Below, one piece after another: positions 18,933-28,400 of a stretch of DNA of 64,000 nt. The translations under genes and the position numbers were made by a program. This stretch comes from Candidatus Parendomicrobium reticulitermitis (GTDB lineage Bacteria > Elusimicrobiota > Endomicrobiia > Endomicrobiales > Endomicrobiaceae). The stretch's first letter is position 1, and every line of letters begins with the position of its first letter. The stretch is from assembly GCA_031287095.1 (NCBI GenBank), contig JAITTG010000087.1, positions 26,023 to 90,022 on the forward strand, in the 5' to 3' direction. The notes under the pieces were generated by a model. It ran no database searches, was not told where the DNA came from, and saw only the letters and a list, made by a program, of their open reading frames with translations.

Positions 18933-19157
18933 ATGGCTTATAGAGTTAAATTTTCGGCAATAGGACGAAAAGCATTTGCTAAATTAGACAATGCCATAAA
19001 AAGAGAAATCTCTCTTAAAAACCATGAGTCTTTTGGAAAATTGTTGCGATATGAATTTTTTGACTTATGTTGTTATCATATTGGAAGTTTTAGAGTTATC
19101 GCAAACATACAAAAAGTATTGGCAAATGCGACAAAATTTACAATTAAAACGAAATAA
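18933..19157 (+). CDS. RelE/ParE-like toxin, probably degenerate
   Basis: MAYRVKFSAIGRKAFAKLDNAIKREI... and ...YHIGSFRVIANI resemble the RelE/ParE N-terminus and the GdyRviy core, but the middle and C-terminus do not fit. The upstream antitoxin-like frame (18744-18899) has no start codon. Confidence 0.35.
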   Translation: MAYRVKFSAIGRKAFAKLDNAIKREISLKNHESFGKLLRYEFFDLCCYHIGSFRVIANIQKVLANATKFTIKTK

Positions 19158-19897
19158 CACCACATTGAATGAAACTTATGAAATTTATGAGGATGTTTTG
19201 AGAAAAACGCATTGATTATTGCGCGGGTTTCCATAAGTTTTTTGAAATTATTCTTAATAAATAAGATTTTTTCTCTTAGATCTCTTGCGCAACTAACACA
19301 TAAGAATAGATGGACACTGTGTGCCCTACAACTATGCGCAAGGTAAACTCAGTTGCAGAGCGCAGGCTCAGATCCGTCGCGGAATCCATTTAAAAGTTCG
19401 TCATTCTCGAATGTCCTTGTATGGAATCCACTTTTGCCTAAGGCTGCATGAAATGTCCCGCCCCAGCCTGCGGATATTCTAAATGCTGGTAAGTAGAACG
19501 GCAGATAGAAAAGATGGGAGAGAAAAGACAACAAAAATAAAAAACAAATCTATAGACGCGCTACGCGCGTAAAAACAGAAAAAGAGAAAAATTGAATCAA
19601 AATCCCCAAAAAACCGAACCTTGTATGGGCGAATTTCAAATCTGTCCACCGTTACAAAATGCAAAACCGAAAATTTGATGAAGTTGAAATTGAAAACACA
19701 TTGAAAAATAAATATGAAAATTGAAATCAAAAATATAAAAAATCTGAACCTTGTAGGGTGGTTTTAATACGCCGTTTTGTAAAAAGCCCAATCGTTTTGC
19801 AAAATCTTATATCACAAAAATTTGTAATCAAATTAAGAATATCTCCGACATTATCAAATTTCACAATTATTCATTTATTTGTTGCGATTTTTACAAA

Positions 19898-20251
19898 TTG
19901 ATAGAAAATGCTTCGGAGGACGATTTTATATATTGCGACCCGCCTTATATTGATAGATACAATGATTATTTTAACTCTTGGAATGAATATGATGAAAATA
20001 GGCTTTGCGTTGTTTTAAGCCAAACGAAAGCCAAATTTTTATTGTCCACTTGGCGCAGCAATAAATATAGGGAGAATGTTTACATAAAGAGTTTATGGAG
20101 CGGTTTCAATATAGACGCCAAAGAACATTTTTATCACTTGGGAGCGAGTGAAAAAAATAGAAATTCTATGACAGAGGCTCTCATTTCAAATTTTGTCAGC
20201 GATAATACTCAAAAAGATTTTTCTATTAAAAATATTCAATTGCCGTTATAA
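19898..20251 (+). pseudogene. 3' fragment of a Dam-type (D12 class) N6-adenine DNA methyltransferase
   Basis: The frame opens just before the DPPY motif ([16 protein letters not shown]). The whole N-terminal SAM-binding half is missing, and repeat debris lies upstream. Confidence 0.7.
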
Positions 20252-20340
20252 ATATAAACAACTTATGTAAAAGTTGAAATAAAATGAATAAAACATATTA
20301 TCTCCTGTTTGCATAATAGAATTTTAAATTAAAGGTATTT

Positions 20341-21426
20341 ATGAATACAAATTTATCTACTCAATCCCATTTAAATTATAGTCAAAGAGTTAATCTCGGC
20401 AGTTATTATACTAATCTTGAAATAGTTGATTTTATCTACGGGCTTTTAAAAAAGAATATCGCAAGTTTTAATGATTATTGTATTTTAGATACTTCTTGCG
20501 GGTATGGTTCTTTTTTTGGAACGGATTTGCCCAATAGAAGAATCGGCGCTGATATTGATTTGAACGCTTTAAAAGAAGCGCAAAAGAATTTTGACAGCAT
20601 TGAATTTTATCATCAAAATGGTTTGCAAAATATCAGCAGAACAAAATACGCCTTATCTCAAAAAGACAAACTTATAATAGTCGGCAACCCGCCTTATAAT
20701 GATAGAACTTCAATAATCAGGCATAGTATTAAACTTAATGATGCTGGCGCTATTGACGATGATGTAAATACAAGGGATTTAGGCATTTCCTTTATGCTTT
20801 CTTATAATAAACTTTGCGCTGATTTTGTATGCGTTTTGCACCCATTGTCATATCTAATTAAAAAATCAAATTTCTCGCTTTTAAAACCTTTTGCGAGCAA
20901 TTATCAACTTTTGGATTCCCTCATTATAAGTAGCGGAGTATTCTCGCAAACTTCAAAAACAATGTCATTTCCAATAATAATAGCGCTGTATAAAAGATGT
21001 CTTTTGGGTATGGATTATGAGTTCGTCAAACAATATGATTTCAAAACAAGTGAAAAGACAAAATTCAAATTGAAAGATTTTGATTCAATTGAACGCTATA
21101 TTGCAAAGTATCCAAACCAACAATCGGTGCGCGCGCAGGAAGCAGTTGCAAAATTTTGGACAATGAGAGATATAAATGCTTTAAAAAGAAATAGCACTTT
21201 TATTGATGAGATATGCTCAAATACTGTTTTTATTACAAAAGATAAATTTGATTATTATTGTTATGTTGACGTTTTTAAAGAATATGCCAAAAATATCCCG
21301 TATTATTTCGGCAATTGCGATGTGATGATAGACAATAAAAAATTTTTAGAATTAAGAGATTGTTTCAGATTTGAGAGCATTAAAAACAATCCTTGCTATC
21401 AAAAAAATTTGCTTTGCCATCGGTAA
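20341..21426 (+). CDS. N6-adenine DNA methyltransferase (gamma class, Eco57I/TaqI-like), no partner nuclease seen
   Basis: GSYYTNLEIVDFI, DTSCGYGSFF (motif I) and IIVGNPPYN (motif IV). Confidence 0.7.
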   Translation: MNTNLSTQSHLNYSQRVNLGSYYTNLEIVDFIYGLLKKNIASFNDYCILDTSCGYGSFFGTDLPNRRIGADIDLNALKEAQKNFDSIEFYHQNGLQNISRTKYALSQKDKLIIVGNPPYNDRTSIIRHSIKLNDAGAIDDDVNTRDLGISFMLSYNKLCADFVCVLHPLSYLIKKSNFSLLKPFASNYQLLDSLIISSGVFSQTSKTMSFPIIIALYKRCLLGMDYEFVKQYDFKTSEKTKFKLKDFDSIERYIAKYPNQQSVRAQEAVAKFWTMRDINALKRNSTFIDEICSNTVFITKDKFDYYCYVDVFKEYAKNIPYYFGNCDVMIDNKKFLELRDCFRFESIKNNPCYQKNLLCHR

Positions 21427-21512
21427 AACTACCTAAAGAAAAAATAGAGGGATATTTTAAAAATCTACTAGGAGAACATCGCGCCAATTAGAATAAAGAC
21501 ATTGCCTTGAAA

Positions 21513-21802
21513 AGGGGGTGAAGGACGCAATGCGGGAGAGGGGACGCTAAAGTCAATCGCTACCCCCAAACCCTGAAAGGATTTAATGTAGTTAATAACC
21601 CCATATTGCCTGCAAGGCTATGCGGGGACAACAGGAGCGCGTCGCGACCCTCACCCGTAGTTGCGCGACACCTTCTCCTTCTCAATAGTCCCTTTTCCTA
21701 TCATATCCTCTCATATGGGAGAGAGACTTTGAAAAGCATGCCTTGAAAAGAGGGAGAGGGTCGCGAAAGCAGGAGAGGAAAAATAAGGAAAAAGGAGATA
21801 TT
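21513..21802 (+). promoter_or_regulatory. composite repeat-built leader of proS (one 82-nt two-hairpin element at 21548-21628 plus a purine-rich proximal module at 21728-21802)
   Basis: Same module order as the pyk leader. Ends in AAAAAGGAGATATTATG. Confidence 0.6.
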
Positions 21803-23512
21803 ATGTATTTTTCAAAAATGTTTATTCCTACGCTTAAAGAGGCGCCGTCGGATGCGGATATTGTTTCGGCTAAACTTATGATTAGGGCGGGGATGATTAG
21901 GAAATTGGCGTCGGGATTATACGAGTATTTACCGCTTGGGCTTAAAAGTATTAGAAAAGTCGAACAAATAATAAGAGAAGAATTAAACGCTATCGGCGGA
22001 CAGGAAGTCAGTATGCCTTTGATTATGCCTAAGGAAATGTGGGAAGAGACTGGGCGCTGGAGCGTCTATGGCAAAGAGTTGTTTAGGCTTAAAGACAGAA
22101 AAAATGCCGAATTTTGTTTGGCGCCGACTCATGAAGAGGCTATTACAGATTTAGCCCGCAGAGAAATCCGCTCGTATAGACAATTGCCCGTGATGTTTCA
22201 TCAATTTACTGAAAAGTTTAGAGATGAAATCCGCCCGCGCTTTGGCATAATGCGCAGCCGCGAATTTCTTATGAGCGACGCTTATTCTTTTCATGCCGAC
22301 GAGGCTGATTTGGAAAGATATTATAGAGATATTTTTGCCGCCTATGAGAGAATTTGTAAAAGGTGCGGTTTTAAGTTTAGACCCGTAGAGGCGGCTTCAG
22401 GCGCAATCGGAGGCTCTTATTCTCATGAATTTATGGTTCTTGCAGATACGGGAGAAGAAGAAATTGCATGGTGTTCTTGCGGATATGGAGCAAATAGCGA
22501 GAAAGCCGAATGTTTAAAAAGAGAAATTGCAAAAGAAAATCCTCTGCCCAAAAAAGAAATAGAAACGCCCAATGCCGGGACTATTGAAGAAGTTTCAAAA
22601 TTACTAAATTCCAATGCTGAAAAATTCATTAAAACTTTAATCTATCTTGCCGATGGCAAAGCAATTGCCGTTTTAGTAAGAGGCGATGATGAAATAAATG
22701 AAATCAAACTTCAAAGCATTTTGTGCGCAAATGAAATTGTTTTAGCGGATGAGCAAACAGTTCAAAAAATCACAAATGCTCCTATAGGTTTTGCCGGTCC
22801 TATAGGTTTAAACAATATTCAAATCATCGCGGATTTAACCGTTCCGGAAATTCCCAATGCCATAACGGGCGCAAACAAAAAAGATTTTCATATAAAAAAT
22901 GTCAATTATGACAGAGATTATAAAGCCGATATAATAGCCGACATTAGAAAAGTCCGTCATGACGATATATGCCCCCGCTGCAAAAAAGAAAAATTGCAAT
23001 TTTCCCGAGGCATAGAAATCGGTCATACTTTTAAACTCGGCGTAAAATATTCAAAATCTATGAATGCCGTCTATCTTGATACAAACGGCAAAGAAAATCC
23101 CGTCGTTATGGGCTGTTACGGCATAGGCGTATCAAGAATTTTAGCCGCCACAATAGAGCAATCTCACGATGAAAACGGCATTATTTGGACTGACAATATC
23201 GCTCCTTTTGAAGTCTTAATAGTTCCGATAAATTTTGCCGACGCTAAAACAAAAGAAATAGTCAAACTGATATATAAAGAATTGACAGACAAAGGACTTG
23301 AAGTTTTGATAGACGATAGAGATGAAAGAGCGGGAGTAAAGTTTAAAGACGCGGATTTAATCGGCATTCCATACAGAATAACGATAGGCGAAAAAGCGCT
23401 CGTAAACGGCAATGTAGAATTTAAAGCCCGCCGCGATAGCAAAGAAGCCGTCAAACTTTTAAAACCTCAAGAAGCAATAGCGCAGATATTAAAAATCTAC
23501 GCTAAAAACTAA
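21803..23512 (+). CDS. proS: prolyl-tRNA synthetase (bacterial type with editing insertion)
   Basis: Start MYFSKMFIPTLKEAPSDA at 21803; the track ORF from 21743 reads through the leader. Class II motifs and the INS domain are present. Confidence 0.9.
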   Translation: MYFSKMFIPTLKEAPSDADIVSAKLMIRAGMIRKLASGLYEYLPLGLKSIRKVEQIIREELNAIGGQEVSMPLIMPKEMWEETGRWSVYGKELFRLKDRKNAEFCLAPTHEEAITDLARREIRSYRQLPVMFHQFTEKFRDEIRPRFGIMRSREFLMSDAYSFHADEADLERYYRDIFAAYERICKRCGFKFRPVEAASGAIGGSYSHEFMVLADTGEEEIAWCSCGYGANSEKAECLKREIAKENPLPKKEIETPNAGTIEEVSKLLNSNAEKFIKTLIYLADGKAIAVLVRGDDEINEIKLQSILCANEIVLADEQTVQKITNAPIGFAGPIGLNNIQIIADLTVPEIPNAITGANKKDFHIKNVNYDRDYKADIIADIRKVRHDDICPRCKKEKLQFSRGIEIGHTFKLGVKYSKSMNAVYLDTNGKENPVVMGCYGIGVSRILAATIEQSHDENGIIWTDNIAPFEVLIVPINFADAKTKEIVKLIYKELTDKGLEVLIDDRDERAGVKFKDADLIGIPYRITIGEKALVNGNVEFKARRDSKEAVKLLKPQEAIAQILKIYAKN

Positions 23513-23535
23513 AAAAATAGAAAGGAGAGTATCAC

Positions 23536-24924
23536 ATGAAGAAATTCTTTAAGTTAGAAGAAAACAAAACAACGGTAGGAATTGAAGTTTTAGCGGGGCT
23601 CACCACATTTTTTGCTATGGCTTACATCATTTTTGTAAATCCCTCAATTTTGTCTTTGACGGGTATGCCTTGGGGCGGAGTTTTTGCCGCTACTATTATA
23701 GGTTCGGCTTTGGGAACCTTGCTCGTCGCTCTTTACGCTAATGTTCCCTTCGCTTTCGCGCCGGGCATGGGTCTCAACGCTTTTTTCACATTCACTCTTT
23801 GCATGCAGATGGGATACACTTGGCAAGAAGCGCTTACAATAGACATCATCAGCGGAATAATTATCGTCATAATCACAGTGACAAAATTTAGAAAGACAAT
23901 AGTATTGTCAATTCCCGCTTTCTTAAAAGATTCTATCAGTTGCGGCATAGGCTTATTTATCGCCTATATCGGTTTAAAAAATGCGGGTTTTTTAAATTAT
24001 ATCGGCGATTCAGTCAATGGTTTAGTGAGCGGAAAAAGCATAGTGCCTACGCTTTCAAGTTTTGGCAACAATCATGCTTTGCTTGGTCTTATAGGTTTAG
24101 CGGTCATGGCTATTCTTATGGCAAGAAAAACGAAAGGCGCAATTTTTATCGGCATAATAATTACAACTATCATAGGCATACCTATGGGGATTGTAAATAT
24201 CTCAGAAGCAAAATTCTTTGATATAAGCTCGGCAGGCGCTATTAAAGATGTGGCTTTCGCAGCTTTTGGCGATAGCGGTTTTGCCTCGCTTTTTGCTCAA
24301 CCGGGCAGAGTGTTGATGACTATCACGGCAGTTCTTGCAGTTTTTCTATCGGCGACTTTTGACGCCATAGGAACATTTATAGGCACAGGCAAAATCAGCG
24401 GAATTTTTGACGATTCAGAAACTGCCGCAGTAAATAAAAAAGGCTTCAATACAAAATTTGAAAAAGCCTTATTTTGCGACGGCATAGCCTCGGCTACAGG
24501 CAGTTTGTTGGGAACGAGCACAGTCACCACTTATATAGAGAGCGCCGCAGGCATAGCGATAGGCGGCAAAACAGGTTTGACGAGCGCGGTAGTCGCCGTT
24601 CTTTTTCTTATATGTTTGCCTTTTGCCGGACTTTTCGGCATAGTTCCCGGCGAAGCGACAGCCCCCGCTTTAATCATAGTAGGCGTTTTGATGATGTCTG
24701 CCGTAGTAAGAATAAACTGGGCAGATATAGCCGAAGCCATCCCCGCCTTTTTAACAATCGCAATAATGGCTTTCTCATACAATATAAGTTATGGCATAGC
24801 GGCAGGTTTCATTTTTTACAGCCTAATCAAAATCTTTGGCGGCAAAATCAAAGAAGTCCATCCCATACTATTAACAGTAGCCGCCCTATTTCTAATAAAT
24901 TTCATAATAACAGCGCTGAAATAG
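23536..24924 (+). CDS. NCS2-family purine permease (AzgA/PbuG-like)
   Basis: 462 aa polytopic protein. N-terminal FKLEENKTTVGIEVLAGLTTFFAMAYIIFVNP is typical of guanine/hypoxanthine/adenine permeases. Confidence 0.8.
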   Translation: MKKFFKLEENKTTVGIEVLAGLTTFFAMAYIIFVNPSILSLTGMPWGGVFAATIIGSALGTLLVALYANVPFAFAPGMGLNAFFTFTLCMQMGYTWQEALTIDIISGIIIVIITVTKFRKTIVLSIPAFLKDSISCGIGLFIAYIGLKNAGFLNYIGDSVNGLVSGKSIVPTLSSFGNNHALLGLIGLAVMAILMARKTKGAIFIGIIITTIIGIPMGIVNISEAKFFDISSAGAIKDVAFAAFGDSGFASLFAQPGRVLMTITAVLAVFLSATFDAIGTFIGTGKISGIFDDSETAAVNKKGFNTKFEKALFCDGIASATGSLLGTSTVTTYIESAAGIAIGGKTGLTSAVVAVLFLICLPFAGLFGIVPGEATAPALIIVGVLMMSAVVRINWADIAEAIPAFLTIAIMAFSYNISYGIAAGFIFYSLIKIFGGKIKEVHPILLTVAALFLINFIITALK

Positions 24925-25003
24925 AAGCAAGGTAAAATAGCCCATAGTCTTATATATGTTTTCCCCTCTCCCTTGACGGGAGAGGAGGAATGCGGAGGTT
25001 AGT

Positions 25004-26467
25004 ATGACGGACATTAAAAAGATAAAACAAAATGGGAAAGTTTATACTCCGCAGTATATTGTTAACAATATGCTTGATTTTGTCGGATATACAGATGACA
25101 ATATTTTAAGCAAGCATATTGTTGACAATAGTTGCGGCGATGGCGCTTTTTTAACGCAAATAGTTGATAGATATTGCCGCGCTTTTTTAAGAAATAATTC
25201 CAATAAATTAAATTTGAAGAAAAATCTTGAAAAATACATTCATGGAATTGAGATTGAGCAAGAAGAAGCGCAAAACTGTAAAACCAATTTAAACAAAGTT
25301 GCCCAAAAATTTAAAATAAAAAATACCAATTGGAATATTATTTGCGGCGATTCATTAGAAATATCTGATTTTAACGGTAAAATGGATTTTGTCGTAGGCA
25401 ATCCGCCTTATGTCAGAGTTCATAATTTAATTGATAGTTATGACAAGGTAAAATCTTTTCAATTTGCAGGAGCGGGAATGACAGATTTATACATTGTGTT
25501 TTTTGAAATAGGATTTAATATGTTAAATCAAACGGGGAAAATGTGTTTAATTAGCCCAAGTTCATTTTTTAGAAGTAAATCAGGAAGCGTTTTAAGAAGT
25601 CATATAAAAAGAAAGCGCTGTTTATCAAAAGTCATAGATTTGGAACATTTTCAACCTTTTGAAGCGGCGGCATATACTGCGATTACAATGTTTGATAATA
25701 ATAAACATACGGATATTGATTATTATGTATATGATGGACTTAGTAAAAGTCCTCGTTATATTGAGCGGCTAAGTTATGATGATTTTTTTATAGACAATAA
25801 AATAGTTTTATCAAATAAAAAACAATTATCAATGCTGTTGAATATAGAAGATTATTATAAAAACTCATCTCCAAGAGAAATAGTAGTAAAAAATGGATTT
25901 GCCACATTAGCCGACGCCGCTTTTATCGGGGATATAGATATAAATGACGAATTTGTGATTGATATTATAAAAGCCTCAACTGGAAAATGGAAAAAATGTA
26001 TATTTCCTTACTTATGCAATGGAAAACCAATTTCTGAAATAGATTTACAAAAAAAACACAAAGCGGTGTATAACTATTTGTTAAATCAGAAAGAGCTATT
26101 GCTAAAACGGGACATTTTAAATAGAGGCGATTGGTTTTTGTTTGGAAGGACACAAGGCATAAATGATGTGTTCAGATATAAAATCGCAGTTAATTCAATA
26201 ATCAAAGATATTGCAAGCATAAAGATAAATGAAATTCCTTCCGGGAGCGCAGTATATAGCGGATTATATATTTTATCTCCTTACACATTTCATGACATAC
26301 AATCAGCTTTGTTATCTCAAGATTTTATTGATTATTTAAAACTGCTCAAAAATTATAAAAGCGGCGGATATTATACTATGTCGTCGCTTGAATTAGAAAA
26401 ATACCTGACTTACAAAATACAAGGTGCAATTTATGAACAACAAGAACTTTTTAGAAAAGTTAATTGA
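25004..26467 (+). CDS. type II N6-adenine DNA methyltransferase (Eco57I/TaqI-like, with C-terminal target-recognition domain)
   Basis: KVYTPQYIVNNML, DNSCGDGAFL (motif I) and FVVGNPPYVRVHN (motif IV). 487 aa. Confidence 0.8.
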   Translation: MTDIKKIKQNGKVYTPQYIVNNMLDFVGYTDDNILSKHIVDNSCGDGAFLTQIVDRYCRAFLRNNSNKLNLKKNLEKYIHGIEIEQEEAQNCKTNLNKVAQKFKIKNTNWNIICGDSLEISDFNGKMDFVVGNPPYVRVHNLIDSYDKVKSFQFAGAGMTDLYIVFFEIGFNMLNQTGKMCLISPSSFFRSKSGSVLRSHIKRKRCLSKVIDLEHFQPFEAAAYTAITMFDNNKHTDIDYYVYDGLSKSPRYIERLSYDDFFIDNKIVLSNKKQLSMLLNIEDYYKNSSPREIVVKNGFATLADAAFIGDIDINDEFVIDIIKASTGKWKKCIFPYLCNGKPISEIDLQKKHKAVYNYLLNQKELLLKRDILNRGDWFLFGRTQGINDVFRYKIAVNSIIKDIASIKINEIPSGSAVYSGLYILSPYTFHDIQSALLSQDFIDYLKLLKNYKSGGYYTMSSLELEKYLTYKIQGAIYEQQELFRKVN

Positions 26468-27134
26468 AGGATTTAAATCTTATCTTTCAACAGGCGCCAA
26501 TAGCAATGAAAAATTAAAAATTATCCATAGCGCGATATCGGAAGATATAAAGAATAGGCTCGGAAACAAATATCAAGTTTTTTCATTGGGGTTAGATAGC
26601 GGCAAAGAAAAACGAATTCAAGGAAGATATATTGATAAATGGGTTGATATAACTATTGCAATAGACGAAAAACCGATAGCGGGGATAGGATTTAAATTTG
26701 TTATGAGCAATTATCAACAGAATTCTAATAATTATTTTGAAACTATGTTGGGAGAAACAGTTAATCTTAGAGTTAATAAAATCCCATATTTTCAAATGCT
26801 TATTGTATTCGAAAAGACCCCGCGCTATAAAGATGGAGGAAAATTAAAGAATTTTGAAATTTTAAATAATGAAAATTTTAAAAAATACACAATTCTGTCA
26901 AAAGATAATATTGAAGTTTTTTTCCATACTCCAACAAAAATGTTAATTTATATCCTTAAACTTCCAGAAGCCGATAAGACCGTTGTTAGCAGAGAAAAGT
27001 ATGCAGAGTATTATAAAAATAAAAATTTTAAAGTATCTAATGCTTTTGATAATTTACAATTTGATTCAGGAGTGATATTAAACGATTTTGAGAAATTTAT
27101 TGAGAAAGCAGTTTCTTATATAAAAAGTATTTGA
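26433..27134 (+). CDS. putative cognate type II restriction endonuclease
   Basis: Overlaps the 3' end of the MTase gene (GTG 26424 or ATG 26433). About 234 aa and very AT-rich. Called from context only; I cannot place a clear PD-(D/E)xK motif. Confidence 0.35.
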   Translation: MNNKNFLEKLIEGFKSYLSTGANSNEKLKIIHSAISEDIKNRLGNKYQVFSLGLDSGKEKRIQGRYIDKWVDITIAIDEKPIAGIGFKFVMSNYQQNSNNYFETMLGETVNLRVNKIPYFQMLIVFEKTPRYKDGGKLKNFEILNNENFKKYTILSKDNIEVFFHTPTKMLIYILKLPEADKTVVSREKYAEYYKNKNFKVSNAFDNLQFDSGVILNDFEKFIEKAVSYIKSI

Positions 27135-27549
27135 GGCATAAATAATAGTTAGCCTACTCGTCGCGGCAAACGATGCCATCGACTACTCATGACAAATTTT
27201 ATCCGCATTCAGCAAAAACTTGCCATAAATAATGTATTTGATTGGAAAGATAAAGAAATTGCGGCGGCTAAAAGCCTTGTGAACGCTTGACTGAAAGTCA
27301 GTAAGATAAGGTTAAGAAGTTGATAACAGATTGAAAAATCAATTAAATTTTAGATAATGGAGATAAAAGCAAATGTCATCAACTACCCATGAAAATGAAA
27401 TAATTTTCTATCGGTCAAACAATACAATTCAACTATTTCAATTTTGGGAATAGTTCAAAGTGAAGGTAATATAAAACTTCCCAACTGCCTTATATAAATA
27501 TCCAACAGCGCCAAATGTTGCGGAAATAAAGCAAGAAAGGGGCATAAAA

Positions 27550-28392
27550 ATGGACAACAAAACAATGACAGTTTTTGAAAACTTTAAAATCAGAAAACAT
27601 TATGATGAGCAAAAAGAAAAGTGGTATTTTTCCGTGGTTGACATTATCGCCGCTTTAATTGGGCAGGATGATTATCAGAAAGCAAGAAATTATTGGAAGG
27701 TGTTAAAAAACAGATTGAAAAATGAAGGTGGAATTGAAACGGTTACAAATTGTAACCAGTTGAAAATGACAGCTTATGACGGCAAGGAGCGGCTTACCGA
27801 TGCCGCTGATGTAGAAACTTTGCTAAGGCTTGTTCAGTCTGTGCATTCTCCAAAAGCCGAGCCGATTAAATTATGGCTTGCAAAAACAGGATATGAGCGC
27901 ATAGAAGAAAGCGCAGACCCTGAAAAATCTATTGCCCGCGCCCGCAAAAACTGGGAAAAGCATGGTAGAAGCAAAACTTGGATACAAAGAAGAATGATGG
28001 GACAGGAAACCCGCAACAAATTGACGGATTATTGGAAAGAACATCAAGTAACTCAAGATGAGGAATTTGCGATTTTGACTAATATAATTCATCAAGAATG
28101 GTCAGATTTGACTGTCAAAGAGCATAAAAAATTAAAAGGCTTAAAGAGCCAAAATTTGCGAGACCACATGAGCGAAGCGGAACTTATTTTTACAGCATTG
28201 GCGGAGTTGTCAACAAGACAAATAGCCCAGACAGAACAAGCGATTGGAATGCCGCAAAATGCCAAAGCGGGTAAAAAAGGCGGCGCAATCGCCAAACAAG
28301 CAAGGCTTAAATTGGAACAAGAAACAGGCAAAAAAGTAATCACAGGGCAAAACTTTTTGCAGGCGAGCCGTCAAATTAAAAAATTACAATAG
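27550..28392 (+). CDS. Bro-N domain / DinD-like protein (phage antirepressor-like)
   Basis: N-terminal FENFKIRKHYDEQKEKWYFSVVDIIAAL (Bro-N-like). C-terminal half resembles DNA-damage-inducible protein D (FAILTNIIHQEW..., KGLKSQNLRDHMSEAEL). Confidence 0.6.
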   Translation: MDNKTMTVFENFKIRKHYDEQKEKWYFSVVDIIAALIGQDDYQKARNYWKVLKNRLKNEGGIETVTNCNQLKMTAYDGKERLTDAADVETLLRLVQSVHSPKAEPIKLWLAKTGYERIEESADPEKSIARARKNWEKHGRSKTWIQRRMMGQETRNKLTDYWKEHQVTQDEEFAILTNIIHQEWSDLTVKEHKKLKGLKSQNLRDHMSEAELIFTALAELSTRQIAQTEQAIGMPQNAKAGKKGGAIAKQARLKLEQETGKKVITGQNFLQASRQIKKLQ

Positions 28393-28400
28393 AGACAAAA

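Noticed and set aside
21401-21407. A7 tract near the 3' end of the orphan MTase as a frameshift or phase-variation site (the alternative frame would read ...KKFALPSVKLPKEKIEGYFKNLLGEHRAN)
   Set aside because: A7 runs are common in this AT-rich sequence. The alternative tail adds only 22 residues of unknown relevance, and the current frame already contains all MTase motifs.
21513-21802. T-box leader for proS (and for gltX at 62601-62745)
   Set aside because: I could not find a specifier-loop/T-box sequence pair (no AGAGA/GNUGGNA-type conserved boxes). The same element also precedes pyk, DUF1844 and an rSAM gene.
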